This document shows positions 28,201-41,000 of a stretch of DNA of 64,000 nt, piece by piece. A program made the translations under genes and the position numbers. This stretch comes from Balanoglossus misakiensis (taxonomy: Eukaryota > Animalia > Hemichordata), in the NCBI GenBank assembly GCA_040954595.2, contig CM082582.2, positions 10,531,483-10,595,482 of the forward strand, read 5' to 3'. The notes under the pieces were generated by a model, which was given only the letters and a program-made list of their open reading frames with translations, searched no databases and was not told the origin of the DNA. How positions within the stretch are numbered: the stretch's first letter is position 1; each line of letters starts with the position of its first letter.

Positions 28201-31200
28201 ACGGGAAATCGGTCAGAGGAAGAGGGTAATTTGTAGTCAATTTACGCATGATCACAGCGTGGAATGGTTCACTTCAAACAAGCACAAAAAGAAATGGATT
28301 AAGTGTGGAATATATTAGTTATTTGTCCAGGAAGTAGCTTGTTGACTGGCGATCAACTTAAAGAATGCCCCGGTATATGAGATCGATTTCGCAGATTTAT
28401 TAACGCTACTGCGAAGCCAGGGTTCAACGCTATGCCATAAAAAAAACCGGCAGCAAATATTGGACGAAAAAGAGCAAGCAAATTAATTATGCAGCGAATA
28501 TTAAAGACTATGTTTAATGGGGACTACAGCGCGGATGCTTATTTAGTATTTGGTGTTTCAGGAATAAGCAATAATTGACAATTGTGCATTAAATGTTGAA
28601 TTAATTGAATGGCCATTTCTGCGCTCTTTAAATTGCGAAAATAAAGTGTCCTGTTCGGCCAGTCATGTTTTCCCGATCGATGTCATTTGACAAAGCCAAC
28701 GTCACTCCTGGTCGTTTTTTATGAAGAAAGAATTTGATTAGAAGGGATTTTTTTTAAAGCGATGGATTTGTATGTCTCTCAAAAACATCTGCGTTGTCAA
28801 AAAAGCCTTAATGAAACGTATAGAGGTTTGCATTGACAGGAATTATTTAAGGGGGGTAAATGATTACATGTGATTCTTTTTTTTTACTGCGCGTCCTTGT
28901 TTTATTGTCCGATTGCCTCGGAGACTTCATCTGTGTTTGGGAAGTTCTCGGGTGAGTTGCGGAAGTCACCGTCGGGGCTCTGTGAGGGAAAGGAGGACGA
29001 GTGAGTGCGCAGGTGCCGCGATGGGTCCGCGACCATGCATGATTCATCGCTGCGCACTTTAGCGTGAGTGAAACATTACATCAATGTGCGCGGTTTCTCG
29101 TGACTGTTCGAGACAAACGGGCAATCTAGGGCCTGGCCACCTGAGGCTTCCACTGACACGGCGGACGGTTACAGCCAGTCGGCGCGTCGTTTCTGACACG
29201 AGAGCGCCGTCACGGACTTCTTTGATGGGCTCGGCGGGGGGAAGAAATGGCCTAAAAATGCCAGGGATCGGGAAAATGCTGGCAAAAGGCGACATTTTGT
29301 TTTTTCCTCGGCGGCGTAATTAAAATTGAAGGAGGGAGGGGGAACATTATAGAGAACAGTATCCCCCGATGGACGCGATTACGCTTATGGGCTTGATAAG
29401 TCTATTCCAGCGTGCGCTAATATGTTTGCTCTTACGCTCAATGACTCCGTCTGTCACGCTGAGTACTCGGCGTTTCTTCCTCTACTGCCCACTTTCCATC
29501 TCGCAACGCTGCAGCATGATAAATAAATCAGCTTAGCCCAGTCCTTGACACATCTAACAAATCAAGTTCACCCGCCGCCGGCTGGACACCGATACTGACT
29601 GACCAACCCCACACACATACCCACGTCTGAAATTCCAGCCCCCCTCCCCCTCCCCACCCTTGTACATGTATACGGATAACGGTTGCACCCGTTCTATGGG
29701 GACAGAATGCTGCCTCGCTCTCGTCCATACCAAGAATAATTTCTTTCTTGGTGTGACGTATTCGTGACGACATATCCATTGAGCGTATGTACCACGATAG
29801 CAATGTTACAAATTGTAAACAACAAATTCTGCGAAAAATTCATATATTAAAATTAAAATCGCGGTCCATTATTCTCTCTTATGTGTTTTCTGATATTCGC
29901 TTTATTTTCTTATTCACTGGAATAATTTTCAAATATTTGGAAGTGGCCATCTCTTGTTAAGCGGTATAATGTTTTCGCTTATGTGTGCGTTTTAATAACA
30001 TCTTCAACAATTGGGCGAATTTATCTGCCGTCTTTCAGTGCGTTCATTTCATTTCACGAAGTTAGTCGGGGATCCCTTTGTTCGCAACGTTATTGCTATC
30101 TGATGGGGTTTTCTTTATTTAGACCATAAATGGGTTCTTTATTTATCGTATATACGGCGCGCACTCAATGCGGATCCACGGTATATATATGAAACCGGCC
30201 AATTTTGCTGAGAGGTTCAACTCTGTATACCGAATGAGGAATTTCGTATTCCAATCCCGTTTCTTTCTTTTTGCTCTCTCCCTTTTTGCGAACGGCTCTT
30301 TCAGTGAATCCCCGCAATCGGCGTCTTGATTCGCTCAATGGCATAATCTAGATCCAGTCAACTTAAATTTAACGTCAGCTTTATCTTGCCGCGAAAACGC
30401 GTCTCGAAAGGCCTCCGCACGCAAGCGCAGATAAGTCCATCGGCTGAGCCCCCATCTGGTGTCCCATTTTGTCATCTCTAATTGACTTTACCTTCTTTTC
30501 AACTGGTGTTTACGGTGCAGACACTGCCCATCCCATGGCTTCCAGATACGCCAGTCCATTTCCTTTACAAACAATTTCTGGCTCGTATTTTCATTCTCTT
30601 CTAAAATGACTCGACGTAGGGTCGGCGGCCCCTTTCATTTTCTTCCACCAGTAAAGCGACGGCGGGCCGCGTTATCTGTTGCTTCCGCGCACGTCCCGAG
30701 GCGGTGGTGTAGTATATTGGAAGATCTCTCGCCTCGGTTGTTGGTGCCCGGTCGCCTCTGCCTCGTCCCATCTGATATGACTGTGACTGTGCAGCTAATT
30801 TTGACAGGCTGGCGGTTTCAAAACTAAAACTCTCCCAACAGTGAATTTTCCTGTGACGCCAATTTTTTACTGCTTAAAGAATGCAACCAGTTCCCCTGAC
30901 TAGAAATAATTGACTTGCCAATTAAGAATAAAAGTAGGACGAAATTCAGTTTCAGAAAGTCAGCTTCCGAGGTTTGAATACGTGAAATCGACTCTCCAGA
31001 CCATGGCTTAATGCGCATCACTGAATAACGGCGAGCCCTCTCCATTGTCATCCGTTTGAAAGTGTAACCAATTCGGTCTATTCAGTTAACTTCGAGTTAT
31101 AGCAAGTGTTTTCTTTTTGTTGTGTCCGTGTAACAGCGGTAATGGCGCTTTTGTGTCGAACAAAGCCAAATGCATGACACCAAGGTTCGCCGTGCACCGA

Positions 31201-31353
31201 GCGCTGACACCAATTGTCAACTGTCGCGAGTATATTGTGTATATGAGTCGGTGGAGGGTTAGGTCGTAATCGCGAGGGACACGCGCAAGACTCGCACGCC
31301 ACGCACTGTCATGAAATTTGCGCAAATGTTTGTGGTCCGTTTCGAGAGGGGGA

Positions 31354-31433
31354 TGAGAGAGAGAGAGAGAGTGAGAGAGAGAGATGCGCGCGCTTGGCAT
31401 GCACACACACACGCGCGTGCGTGCGTGCGCGCA
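31354..31433 (+). repeat. (GA)n followed by an alternating purine-pyrimidine (CA)n/(CGTG)n tract
   Basis: Directly visible compound microsatellite. Confidence 0.85.
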
Positions 31434-34400
31434 CTCAAAACCGATGAAGTGATGAGATCGAGAAAAATCACTTGGAAACGCCTTGAAACACGACGCACTG
31501 ACTAAATAGTAGAATTATGTTTTAAATTTTAATCAGACATGACGCTGCGATCACTGGCGGTATATCGTTGTGTCTTGTGTAGTCGCTTGCATCTTGGAGT
31601 CGTTTTTATCCCCCAGAAGAAAAAAGTTCTGAGACAAATTCCATGCATAGTGTAAAAAAATATCACGAAACAAACTATGCGCCAATATTAAAGATACGCC
31701 GCGCGAAACGTGAGAATCGCTTAATAATAGAAATGGATCCGTTTTCAAGATGTAGCCTAAAACTATATCAGGCACCAATTGGAGGGATGCGTCAATTCAT
31801 ACAACCCTCCACATCTCATAGCAATTATATTCTCCGATCGCTGCTACGGAAAACATAATACATACGCCCACTGGCGCCCAACAGCACTGGAGCGCCGCAA
31901 AAAAAAAAAAAAAAATATCAGAAACCCAGCAGTATGTTCGCCTCGGCGGAGACCGACTCACGCGTCATTGAAAGCTGGATGTCTTAATTTGTCGGCGTTT
32001 ATTGGTTTGTTCAGCGCAATACTCTTCCCTCGACACGCCTAACGCGAATCACCGGTGCCGCAACTTCATTAAACCGGGAAACGGCTGAATCGAAAGACCT
32101 GTTGTCGGCCGGGTTTGACAAGACAACCGCGCTTCTATTGGACTGTTTCGCCGTTTTGTGTGGCAGTTTTACTGGGTGTATAGACGCGGTGTTTGGGGAT
32201 TATTGCCCTAGTCGGCGATGTCCAATCGCGGGTAATTTAGTTTTCCCCGTCGCTAATTCGATTTCATGAAAACGCCAACCGTTGAAAATGAAAACAAATG
32301 TCATCTCTCCTGCATGCAGTTATTAATAGTTGATGGAGAGAGGCGGCAAGCGTACATCAGCCATGCACACGCGCGCGTGGTCGTGGTACGCGGAGTATCG
32401 GCATCGCGATATTTGATTTTCAGATTTTGCTTTTCGGTGAAGATTTGATCAGGAACCAATAAAGCAAAGACAGAGCTGTCATCAGCTAGCATCGTTCGTT
32501 TAAAATACGCTCGTCGTCAACTTGAAGGAAACATTGAAATGAAATTGGCCAGCATTAATAATAATAAAAATATCAAATCTTCTTTATTCGCAATTGTGAT
32601 ATCACCACAGCGTTCCAAAACTGCGTTGCAACTGAACCGGTTCCCTCCCGTATTTCTTAACAGCAGAGATATTCCGGTTGCTAGGACAACGGAGTCATTA
32701 GTCCAGCGGTGCAAATATTCATGGATTGTTTTCACGCTTATAAAAATTTTAATTTCAGAGAATGAATAATGTCCATTGAGATGGAGTGTTTAGGTACTAT
32801 ACACTCAGGTAAACATTCATTAATTGGACGTATTTATAGGGTAGGCACCGAACAAACTTAGAAGCTAGGTTTTCCATTGTGTTGTGTAATATGAAATTTA
32901 GGGTCCGCTTAAACAGCTCGCGCCCTACTAAAATTTTAATATACTGCTGTGTGTTACGACAGCGCACTCGTCAAAACAGCTGTAGTGGATGACGCCGCAA
33001 TTAGCATACGGCACCTAAATAACTTATAGAAAATGAATTAAACGATAAAATAAAAAGGAAAAAAAAAACGTTTGACGTTTTCTCAGCTCCGACCAACTGA
33101 TCAAATAAAAACTAAAGTTCTTGTGAATAGAATACGTGCGGCCGGGTACACGAGTAAAAAGTACCAGCAAACTGAAAGCTGGTTAAACAACACTGTTGGT
33201 TTGTGCAATCCGCTCGAGCGCCTCTAATAGTATTACCACACATCGCCTCACAAAGTTTCAGACGTTAAATCCGACGAGTCGTCAATTTGCAAGCAGAGAG
33301 AGCTATTATATTGTGCACCTGTAGCCCAAGATAATTCAATTTATCAATCGGATTTCTGTCCTATTCCTTGAATATTAGATTAATATATGGAAATTGCGAA
33401 TGCACCGGTTATTATGAAGATGTCGACGCGCATGCGCGCTGGCGGGAAGGGGGGCTAGATTAAGTCAGTGGTTGAATTAGCGCCGTGTGTTACAAACTAG
33501 GGAGAAGAAAGATGGTTTTCTTGTTAGGAAACTTGAGACTAGAGAGATATTATAGATTTAATGTGTATTATTTAAGCTTGTTTAACTTTTGACTGTATTA
33601 GGTTAGCTGTGTTCGTGTTGTACCAATAGATGATTAAAAACCTTATTTAAAACGATTCGCAAATGCCTAAAAGACCGGATAGTCATATATGTCGCCCCTT
33701 GTTTAAGCGAGAGCTGAAAATATTTTGAAAAGGCCGTCCGCGATGGAAACTCTACCCAAACTTGAGTTAAACCAGGCCTTTCACGGATAAACCCCAAGAA
33801 ATCCGAGGTCGAAATTAAGTGACACGCGAAAGAAAGTTTAAAATACGAGTGCGACGCACGACGACGCTTTATGAATTATGAAAGCAAAATGTGTTCTCTC
33901 CCATCGTATAAATGGTTCTCATTTCCCATTATGTCGTTCAAAACAAAATATTCGCCCCAGTAAATTGACCAAAGTTAAGACCGACCAGTACAGTGCACTT
34001 TAGTGATCATATTTGCTTTTGCAAAAGTTGTACAGATGGTAGTTTTGGGGCCCTCCCCTCTCTTCCCATAAAAAAGGGGAGTGATTCAGCGAGTAACGAG
34101 ACCACAGAAACCTGTCGATCAAAGATCTGCCCAATTTTTTGTGTCAGTCACGGCGATGCACAGACGAACTGGAAGAAGAATAGCGCTCAGAAATATACAA
34201 CTACTAATATAAGACTCGGCGCGATCGCCTACGAGATTTTTGTTTTCGCGAATAAAACGACAGAACGCGCCGTGGTGTACAGTTTCCATTTTCCTACCAT
34301 ATGCACAGCTGGTGATTTCATTTTTTTTGGACGGTCAATACTTCGAGTTGGTACCATCCCCCGATATTCGACGGCAAGCCGCACGCGGTAATCTTTATTT

Positions 34401-37400
34401 TTCAGCCGCGAGGCACTGGTATGTTTCCTACATGCATCGGAAACATAACATATTTATTAACATCCGCGGAAGACTTAATATCTCCGACGAACACTGTGAA
34501 ATCAACATTGGCTCATTCTCTTCCAAACGGTTGAGATTTCATTTTACAAATTCGCACATGTGTACATATATTAACTCAATCAAAATATAATTAAGTTTTC
34601 TATTCAGTTCGCTCGCTTTTAAATCTTTTTTTTTTCTTTTCGCTTGCCACCAATTAAATCCTTGCCCGCGCGCACACGCTGCCGGGCGAGTGCCGTCAAT
34701 CACGTTCACTAACCAATAAACAGGAGAAGAGAGTGTCTTCAGATGTTCCGAAAAAAACATGTTTATGATTGGAAAACTTGAGTTTGCTCTTCTTTCAATC
34801 TTAAGCATCGCAGCCCGCCGTCTGACAATGGAGACGTAAACGTGACCAATTGATTGCTTCGACAAATTGGTGCGGAAGGCACGGGGCCGGGGTTTTTTCT
34901 TTGCGAGAAATAATGAAATGCTTTGTTATTAGAGCTCGAGCGGTTTTTATCATCCAGCTTGTGGGGCCCAAGGCCCCGAGCATTAAAAATTAACCGGGAA
35001 CCCATTTCTGAAATTAACAAGAATAGTGCAGGTGATTGTGAGAGTTCGTGAAGGAATATTGAATTGATAACGTAGCCAATGGGTATATGAGTACAGTGGC
35101 TGATATACGCAGGATCAGATCAGACACACATTTTTTGCGCGGTAACTATTTTTTTCCACAGGTTGGTTTGAAGCACATTGGCGATTTGCAAGAGAAAGTG
35201 AAATATAGATTCACACACACAAGGCAACGATCGATTTTTTTGAGAGACATAGCATCAGGTATAATCGGGTGAAAAGAGCGCTTCTCGGCGCAGAGGGGCC
35301 GTTGCCGGATGAATGAGTCAATCAAATCCCTACTGACAAAAGCGGAGATGCGGCGCTGCGAACGATGCTTGGTTCTAAATTGAGGGAAACAAATTAGCGT
35401 GGAATACGTCCAAACAATGTCGGGTAGGAAAAATTGCAATTTGCAACAGTTGTAATGATTTTTGGTAGGTGCCACCATGCTGGGATTCCTAGCGCTGCCT
35501 CGTTTGACTTGTTTCCAGACTCGGCGTAATGTATGGCGCGGTGTGAGGCGCAGAGATCAACCAGTCAACGCGCACGCCGCGCCACTGCGGTGAAACAGAG
35601 ATCCCCACCATCGCGCATTTTAGAAAAAAAAAACTCCCCCAACATTTGAACTGGAATTCAATCAATCTTCTCAGTTTAAAAAAAAGCCGCATACATGAAT
35701 ACATCAAACCTCGCAGCGAAGTCGTAATCTTTAAGAGTCCTGCTGCGCCCTGTCAGTGCCCCGTAGTCAAACTCTTGCATATAAATTCTTTTTCCTGTAT
35801 AGACTAAGTTTTACCAAATACGGCCATCAAGTATGCTAATGAAGTGACTTTTTATATAACGGATCGGTTGGCGTAATAAATTTGCCGTCCCGCTGAACGC
35901 TGTCATCCTTGTCATATGGTTATGTAGCCCCGCGGTAGTTCTGGGCGCAGCGTTTTCCTTTATAGCTCTCAAGAGCATTTTCACGCCATCCTGTGCGCGC
36001 AGACTTAATGCGATTCCTCGGCGATCTGATTGGATGAGCGCTGCTGGCCCCTTACGATGTACATGTGTCCGTTCCTAGTCGCCCTCCGGACACACAGCGC
36101 ACGCATTTTCTCCCTTTTTAAGGACACCACCAACTTCATCGACATCGCCATGGCGACACAATGGCTGCCACCTGTAACTACCTGTTAAGGTTGCTGGACA
36201 TGTTTCCTACGCTGACAATTGCCGTTTAATGCGTTAAATTCATCGTTCCATTCATCACACTATCTCCTTGGGACCCCTTCACTATGTGTACACTAGTAAG
36301 ATTCTTTTAAGGTGGGAAATTAAAAAGAAATTCCCAATATCCTTGGAGGAATGGCTGTGCGCATGGCTAATTTATATTCTAATAATGCCAATAAGTCTTC
36401 AGTACTGGCTGTCTATTTCGATGCTTGTCGCTGTCTTTTACCGACATCAGCCTGTTACTTGATGTATACTTCGCGCAGCATCCGTACCTCTGCATTTGCA
36501 TCTCTTTGCCTGTCTGTATGCCTGTCTGTCTGTCTGTCTGATTTCTATTTCTTGACCCTGCTGAGTGCGCATGTCTCCTCAGTTGCCTCTAATCGAAGCT
36601 ATCAACCCAACCCCACGCTCCGTAAGCCCATCTCCGTTTCCTTCAATTAATAACTCATCTACGGCCATTTCGCGGCCGCACTGTGGATCTTTTTCCAGCA
36701 GACATGACGTCATCGCGATGCCTTTCTCTTAAGTACGGTACCGGAGGTTGAAAATCAAGGCGTTGGCATGCCTACACCAGCAATTTTGCACTCCGCGTCT
36801 GATCAGCCGAACGGGTCTCATTAAACTGAACTTATGTCATATTGAGGGCGAGTGGGCAGTAAATGTCGCACGCTACACAGCGAATGCGGTGGCGTTTTGA
36901 ACTGCTAAGGAATTGAGAACTTCGACTTTTTGATACACGGGAAAGATTTTTTCCTAAATCCATACATAAACGGAAACATGGCCAACTTAGCCAAGTGGGA
37001 ATCGGTGTTTTCGGTAAGAAGTTATCTAGAGTGATCTCCGCGCCGATTTCCAAATCCCCTCTGACGGCGACTTTTGAGAGTGCTGCAATTATTTAAGATC
37101 TCGTTTTCCTCCATTCCATATGTGATCGCTGGCCGTGGTGAAGTGCGCGTGCGGCAACGACGTCGACGTTGAAGTTCTCTCCGCCAGCACTCAAAAAACA
37201 AACAGAGATATCAATATGACGCACGCGTCTCCAGAAAAGAGAAAAAAAAAAGAAAATGCAGACGCCGCGTTTAAATGGCAGTTCAAGTCGAGGTCGCCGT
37301 GAGTGGTTTGTTCATTTCGCCGGTGAAATCGACAATAGAGAGGGCAATCCGACGCAACTAGTAAAAAGCGAGGCTATTTGACACTGCTAGGCGGAATTCT

Positions 37401-38056
37401 CTCTTCTGCTAATGTTTTAAATTTACATGTACGCATGTACATCCACTCCCACCCACTCCTAGCGACACATATATATCGTCGCGGTTTTTCGAAAACGAAG
37501 GCCAACCTTAAACTCTAAAAAAGAAAGGAGAAAGGGGAATAACTTGAAAACGCGATCGATATTGGTTGACGCACTGCGGTAGAGCTAGGGGGTCTATGTT
37601 TTATTTTTAAACAAAATGCGACCCATTTGAGGGTATGCAAATATCTGATTATTAACAATGCAGCCATTTCCCAAGACAGTAGCAGTCAATGAAGATAGGG
37701 ACGCCACTGCATTTCCCCGTGGTTTCGTTTTCTTTTCCCCCTCTATATCAACAAAAGACGGGGAGATTCAACAGATAAAATGCAGGGATGTAAGAGTACA
37801 TTTGTCAGGTGTGGCGTGCCATTTCTCTTAACGCGCGATCTTGTCTGATTGCACTTTGCTTTGTGCCTCACACATCTTCATCGACTTCCATCACATCATT
37901 TGTGCAGATGTCTGCAAAATCTGTTTGCAATCTTCCCATTCAGCGCCTTCCCCTTTCAAGGAATTCATTGTCACCTGCTTTATCGCGGCGCCCCCTTTTA
38001 GACACGCAAACATTAGCCAGAAGGCGGATGAGCTGTTTGCCACTCTCATGCTGCAA

Positions 38057-38088
38057 AGAGACAGAGAGAGAGAGAGGGAGAGAGAGAG
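38057..38088 (+). repeat. (GA)n microsatellite
   Basis: agagacagagagagagagagggagagagagag. Confidence 0.85.
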
Positions 38089-41000
38089 CCAGGCCCATTG
38101 CGCCTTTAAAGAGCGCACCGCGGCAAATAGCTTATCCTCTCCGCGTCCACTCACGCAGTCGACGTTCAAAAGTGCAAGCGCTGAACTGTGCGTGCGCGGC
38201 GCGCCGCGGCCGAATGACAACCTGTGAGACGCGCGCGCGGCAACTGAAATCAACAGGCATGCGTCCCGGGTTTGCTCCGTCACGACTGATGTCATTTACC
38301 GCGCTGTGCGCATCAATCACTTTGACGTGTGTGAAATATTAAGTCTTTAGCATGACAATTGGATTGAAATTGATTAACAAACTGCCGAACCGGACGCAAT
38401 CCCTTGCAATTGCCAAAAACCTCGGAAGACCTTTATTTTAATACCGTCGTAAAACAATATTTTGTTGAGCTGGAGTGAAATAAAAATAGTATTGGATGGC
38501 AGTCGAAAGGTTGACTTGTTTCTCCGCTGCTATTCTAAACTGTATCGTCTACAGGTTTTAGTTTGTTCCATAGAAGATACAAACTTAGAATTTATCTTTA
38601 AGAGTTCTCGGTACAATCTACAAGCTCCTTTCCCCAGCCTCCACTTTCAAACGGAACCCAGAAATATTCCAGTGGGACGAAGCAGACAAGAAAGCAAACA
38701 ACCTCTTACCAATATTTAATTACGAACATCAGCTGGCGAGTTTAGAGCACCCGTTTAACCTGACGTGCGCCGATTAAAACGCGCCGTCGAAGCAACACGC
38801 GGACGCCGCGCGCTCTCATCTCATGCGACGGAGTTGATGAGAAATTTGACAGCGCCGCCTAGAGTTATAAAGTTACATATCTCGGGAAAGATCGATGGAA
38901 ATGGATCGCTTTCCCTCTGGAGAAGAGGAAGGGGTAATTACGAACTGCTTAAATCACGTGTAATATTGTTCCATTAACTAGTCCATGCGGTTGGAACGGC
39001 ATCGACCTTCTAGAAATAAACTTTATGTCGCCAGCTACTCTCATAATCGATCGATTTCGGTTTCCTCCTTTTACGCTCGTGCGACCCCGCCACCTTGAAA
39101 GTTCAACAGCAGCCACAAGGAAGATGGAGTTGATGAATACTAATGAAGGCCAGAAGAAAACACATCATACATGTGGGATCTCCAAAGATCAGATCGTTCG
39201 CTGAATACAACAATATGAGCTTCGAATTCTAATAGACGTTTCCCCCACTTCTTTAAGCGAGTCCGCTTTCTTGAATGCAGCCCGTCATTACGACAAGAAT
39301 AGGACTTGATAATTAACCGTGAAATGGGCAATTTGCTATGCATTGGGGACAAGCTAGGCGGAACCTTTGCCGCTAAGTTATTAGCACGTGTGTCAAAGTG
39401 ACTCACTGGCGGATATTTGTTGTTTGAGCGAGGTGTTCAGGTGAAGGATAAAAATATTTGCCTCTCTTGAGAAATTCTACGCTAGTTGAGCGTGTTCGGT
39501 ACAACATAGGCCTAACAAGTTTCCGTTAATATGCGTAATGTACTGCCCGACACGAAAATATAAATATAACGTCTTCTTCTGTAATTATATTTGTCAAAAC
39601 TGTGAGCTTGCTCGGTGTTATTATATCCTAATTAAAAACAGGAAGCTGCAAATTAATGCGTTGTTCACCCACTTGAGTCAGGTTATTCATTTAACAGTGG
39701 AAGCTAAATAAAGGAAAGGGAAAAGAATCGCGAAGATTGATTCCCCACATGTGATTAAAGAACAGGTCACGCTAATGCGCATGACAGAGGTCAGCTATTT
39801 AGGAGAAACCAAAACAGGTTGTTATTCAGGCGGTAAGCTCCGCCGACGCTAATTAACATGGAACGGCCACCTGTGACATTTGCCGACATTAAGGAGGACT
39901 ACAGCTCGTTTAAAGGGAAAATTCGCCGTTCTTCCACGGAAAGTTTAATGAAACATGCAAAGGCCGGCGCACGCGGGCTTTAAAAGATAAATTGAGATGT
40001 AAGTAGGGGTCAAATGTCGTCGCGTGAGATTTAAAATGTATGAATCGGGGTGCACAAGAGAGGTGTTTTTTTTATTAATTGAAGGTTGTCCTTAGTTGAA
40101 GAATTTTGCGAAAACACTATTGTGATATTTTAATTTTCTTGAAATATTTTACAAAGATGCAAGGATGTTTTTTAGCATGGTGTCCTGCGGGGGTTATAGA
40201 AATGAGACTGCATTAACCTAGCACATTTTTTTCAACAACAGGTATATCCTCCGCGCGTTTATGTCAGGAATGTTGACAAATGATAGATTTATTGCTCTTT
40301 TCAATTGCAATACTTTTCGCTGAAGTATTATATTAATATAGCCAATTTAATCAAGTAATAAAGCACCCTACCCTGTCAGGTGCGCGCAAATATGCGCAAA
40401 CAGCCACTATAAAGACTCCCGCATGTCTACCTTAAAACCGTGATCAACAACCGCCTCTGCTCTGAAAGCTGGCGTAAACACGTGTTTGGTAATTTGGGAT
40501 TATAACCAGGCACGCAGGAGAACGCCGGGGATAAATCATTGGGCTAGAAGAAATCGATTTTTAATCCTCTAACATGGGAAATGTTGACCTCAGACAGGAA
40601 ACCGGGATAATTATGTCAGGGAAAATACACGCGTGCGTTATACTTGAGGGATGAGATTAGGGGTCTGCCGCTGGAACACGCACAACTGTTGCGGGAATTC
40701 AAAAAAAAGGTCACAATAATTATTCACAGATTCGAGATATTATAATTCCTCAGAGTAAACACGGTAGCCCGTAATGCATCGACGAAAATTGTGTGCTCGG
40801 GGTTAAGTTTGGTAAAATTACACTTAAAGACTTTCAAGAGTCATTTTTGCAGCAAAATTTATGACGCGCTGGAAGGTAATTTTCGATGATGTGCACTTTC
40901 CGTAAATGGCTAAACGCTTCAGCGAACGACTGGATTTTGGCGGGAAAAGCACTCATATATTGTAAAATCAGTGTTCTTGAACTTCAACGCGTTATGATCA

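Noticed and set aside
37809-38342. 177-aa and overlapping ORFs
   Set aside because: They span a (GA)n microsatellite and GC-rich low-complexity DNA, which suppresses stop codons.
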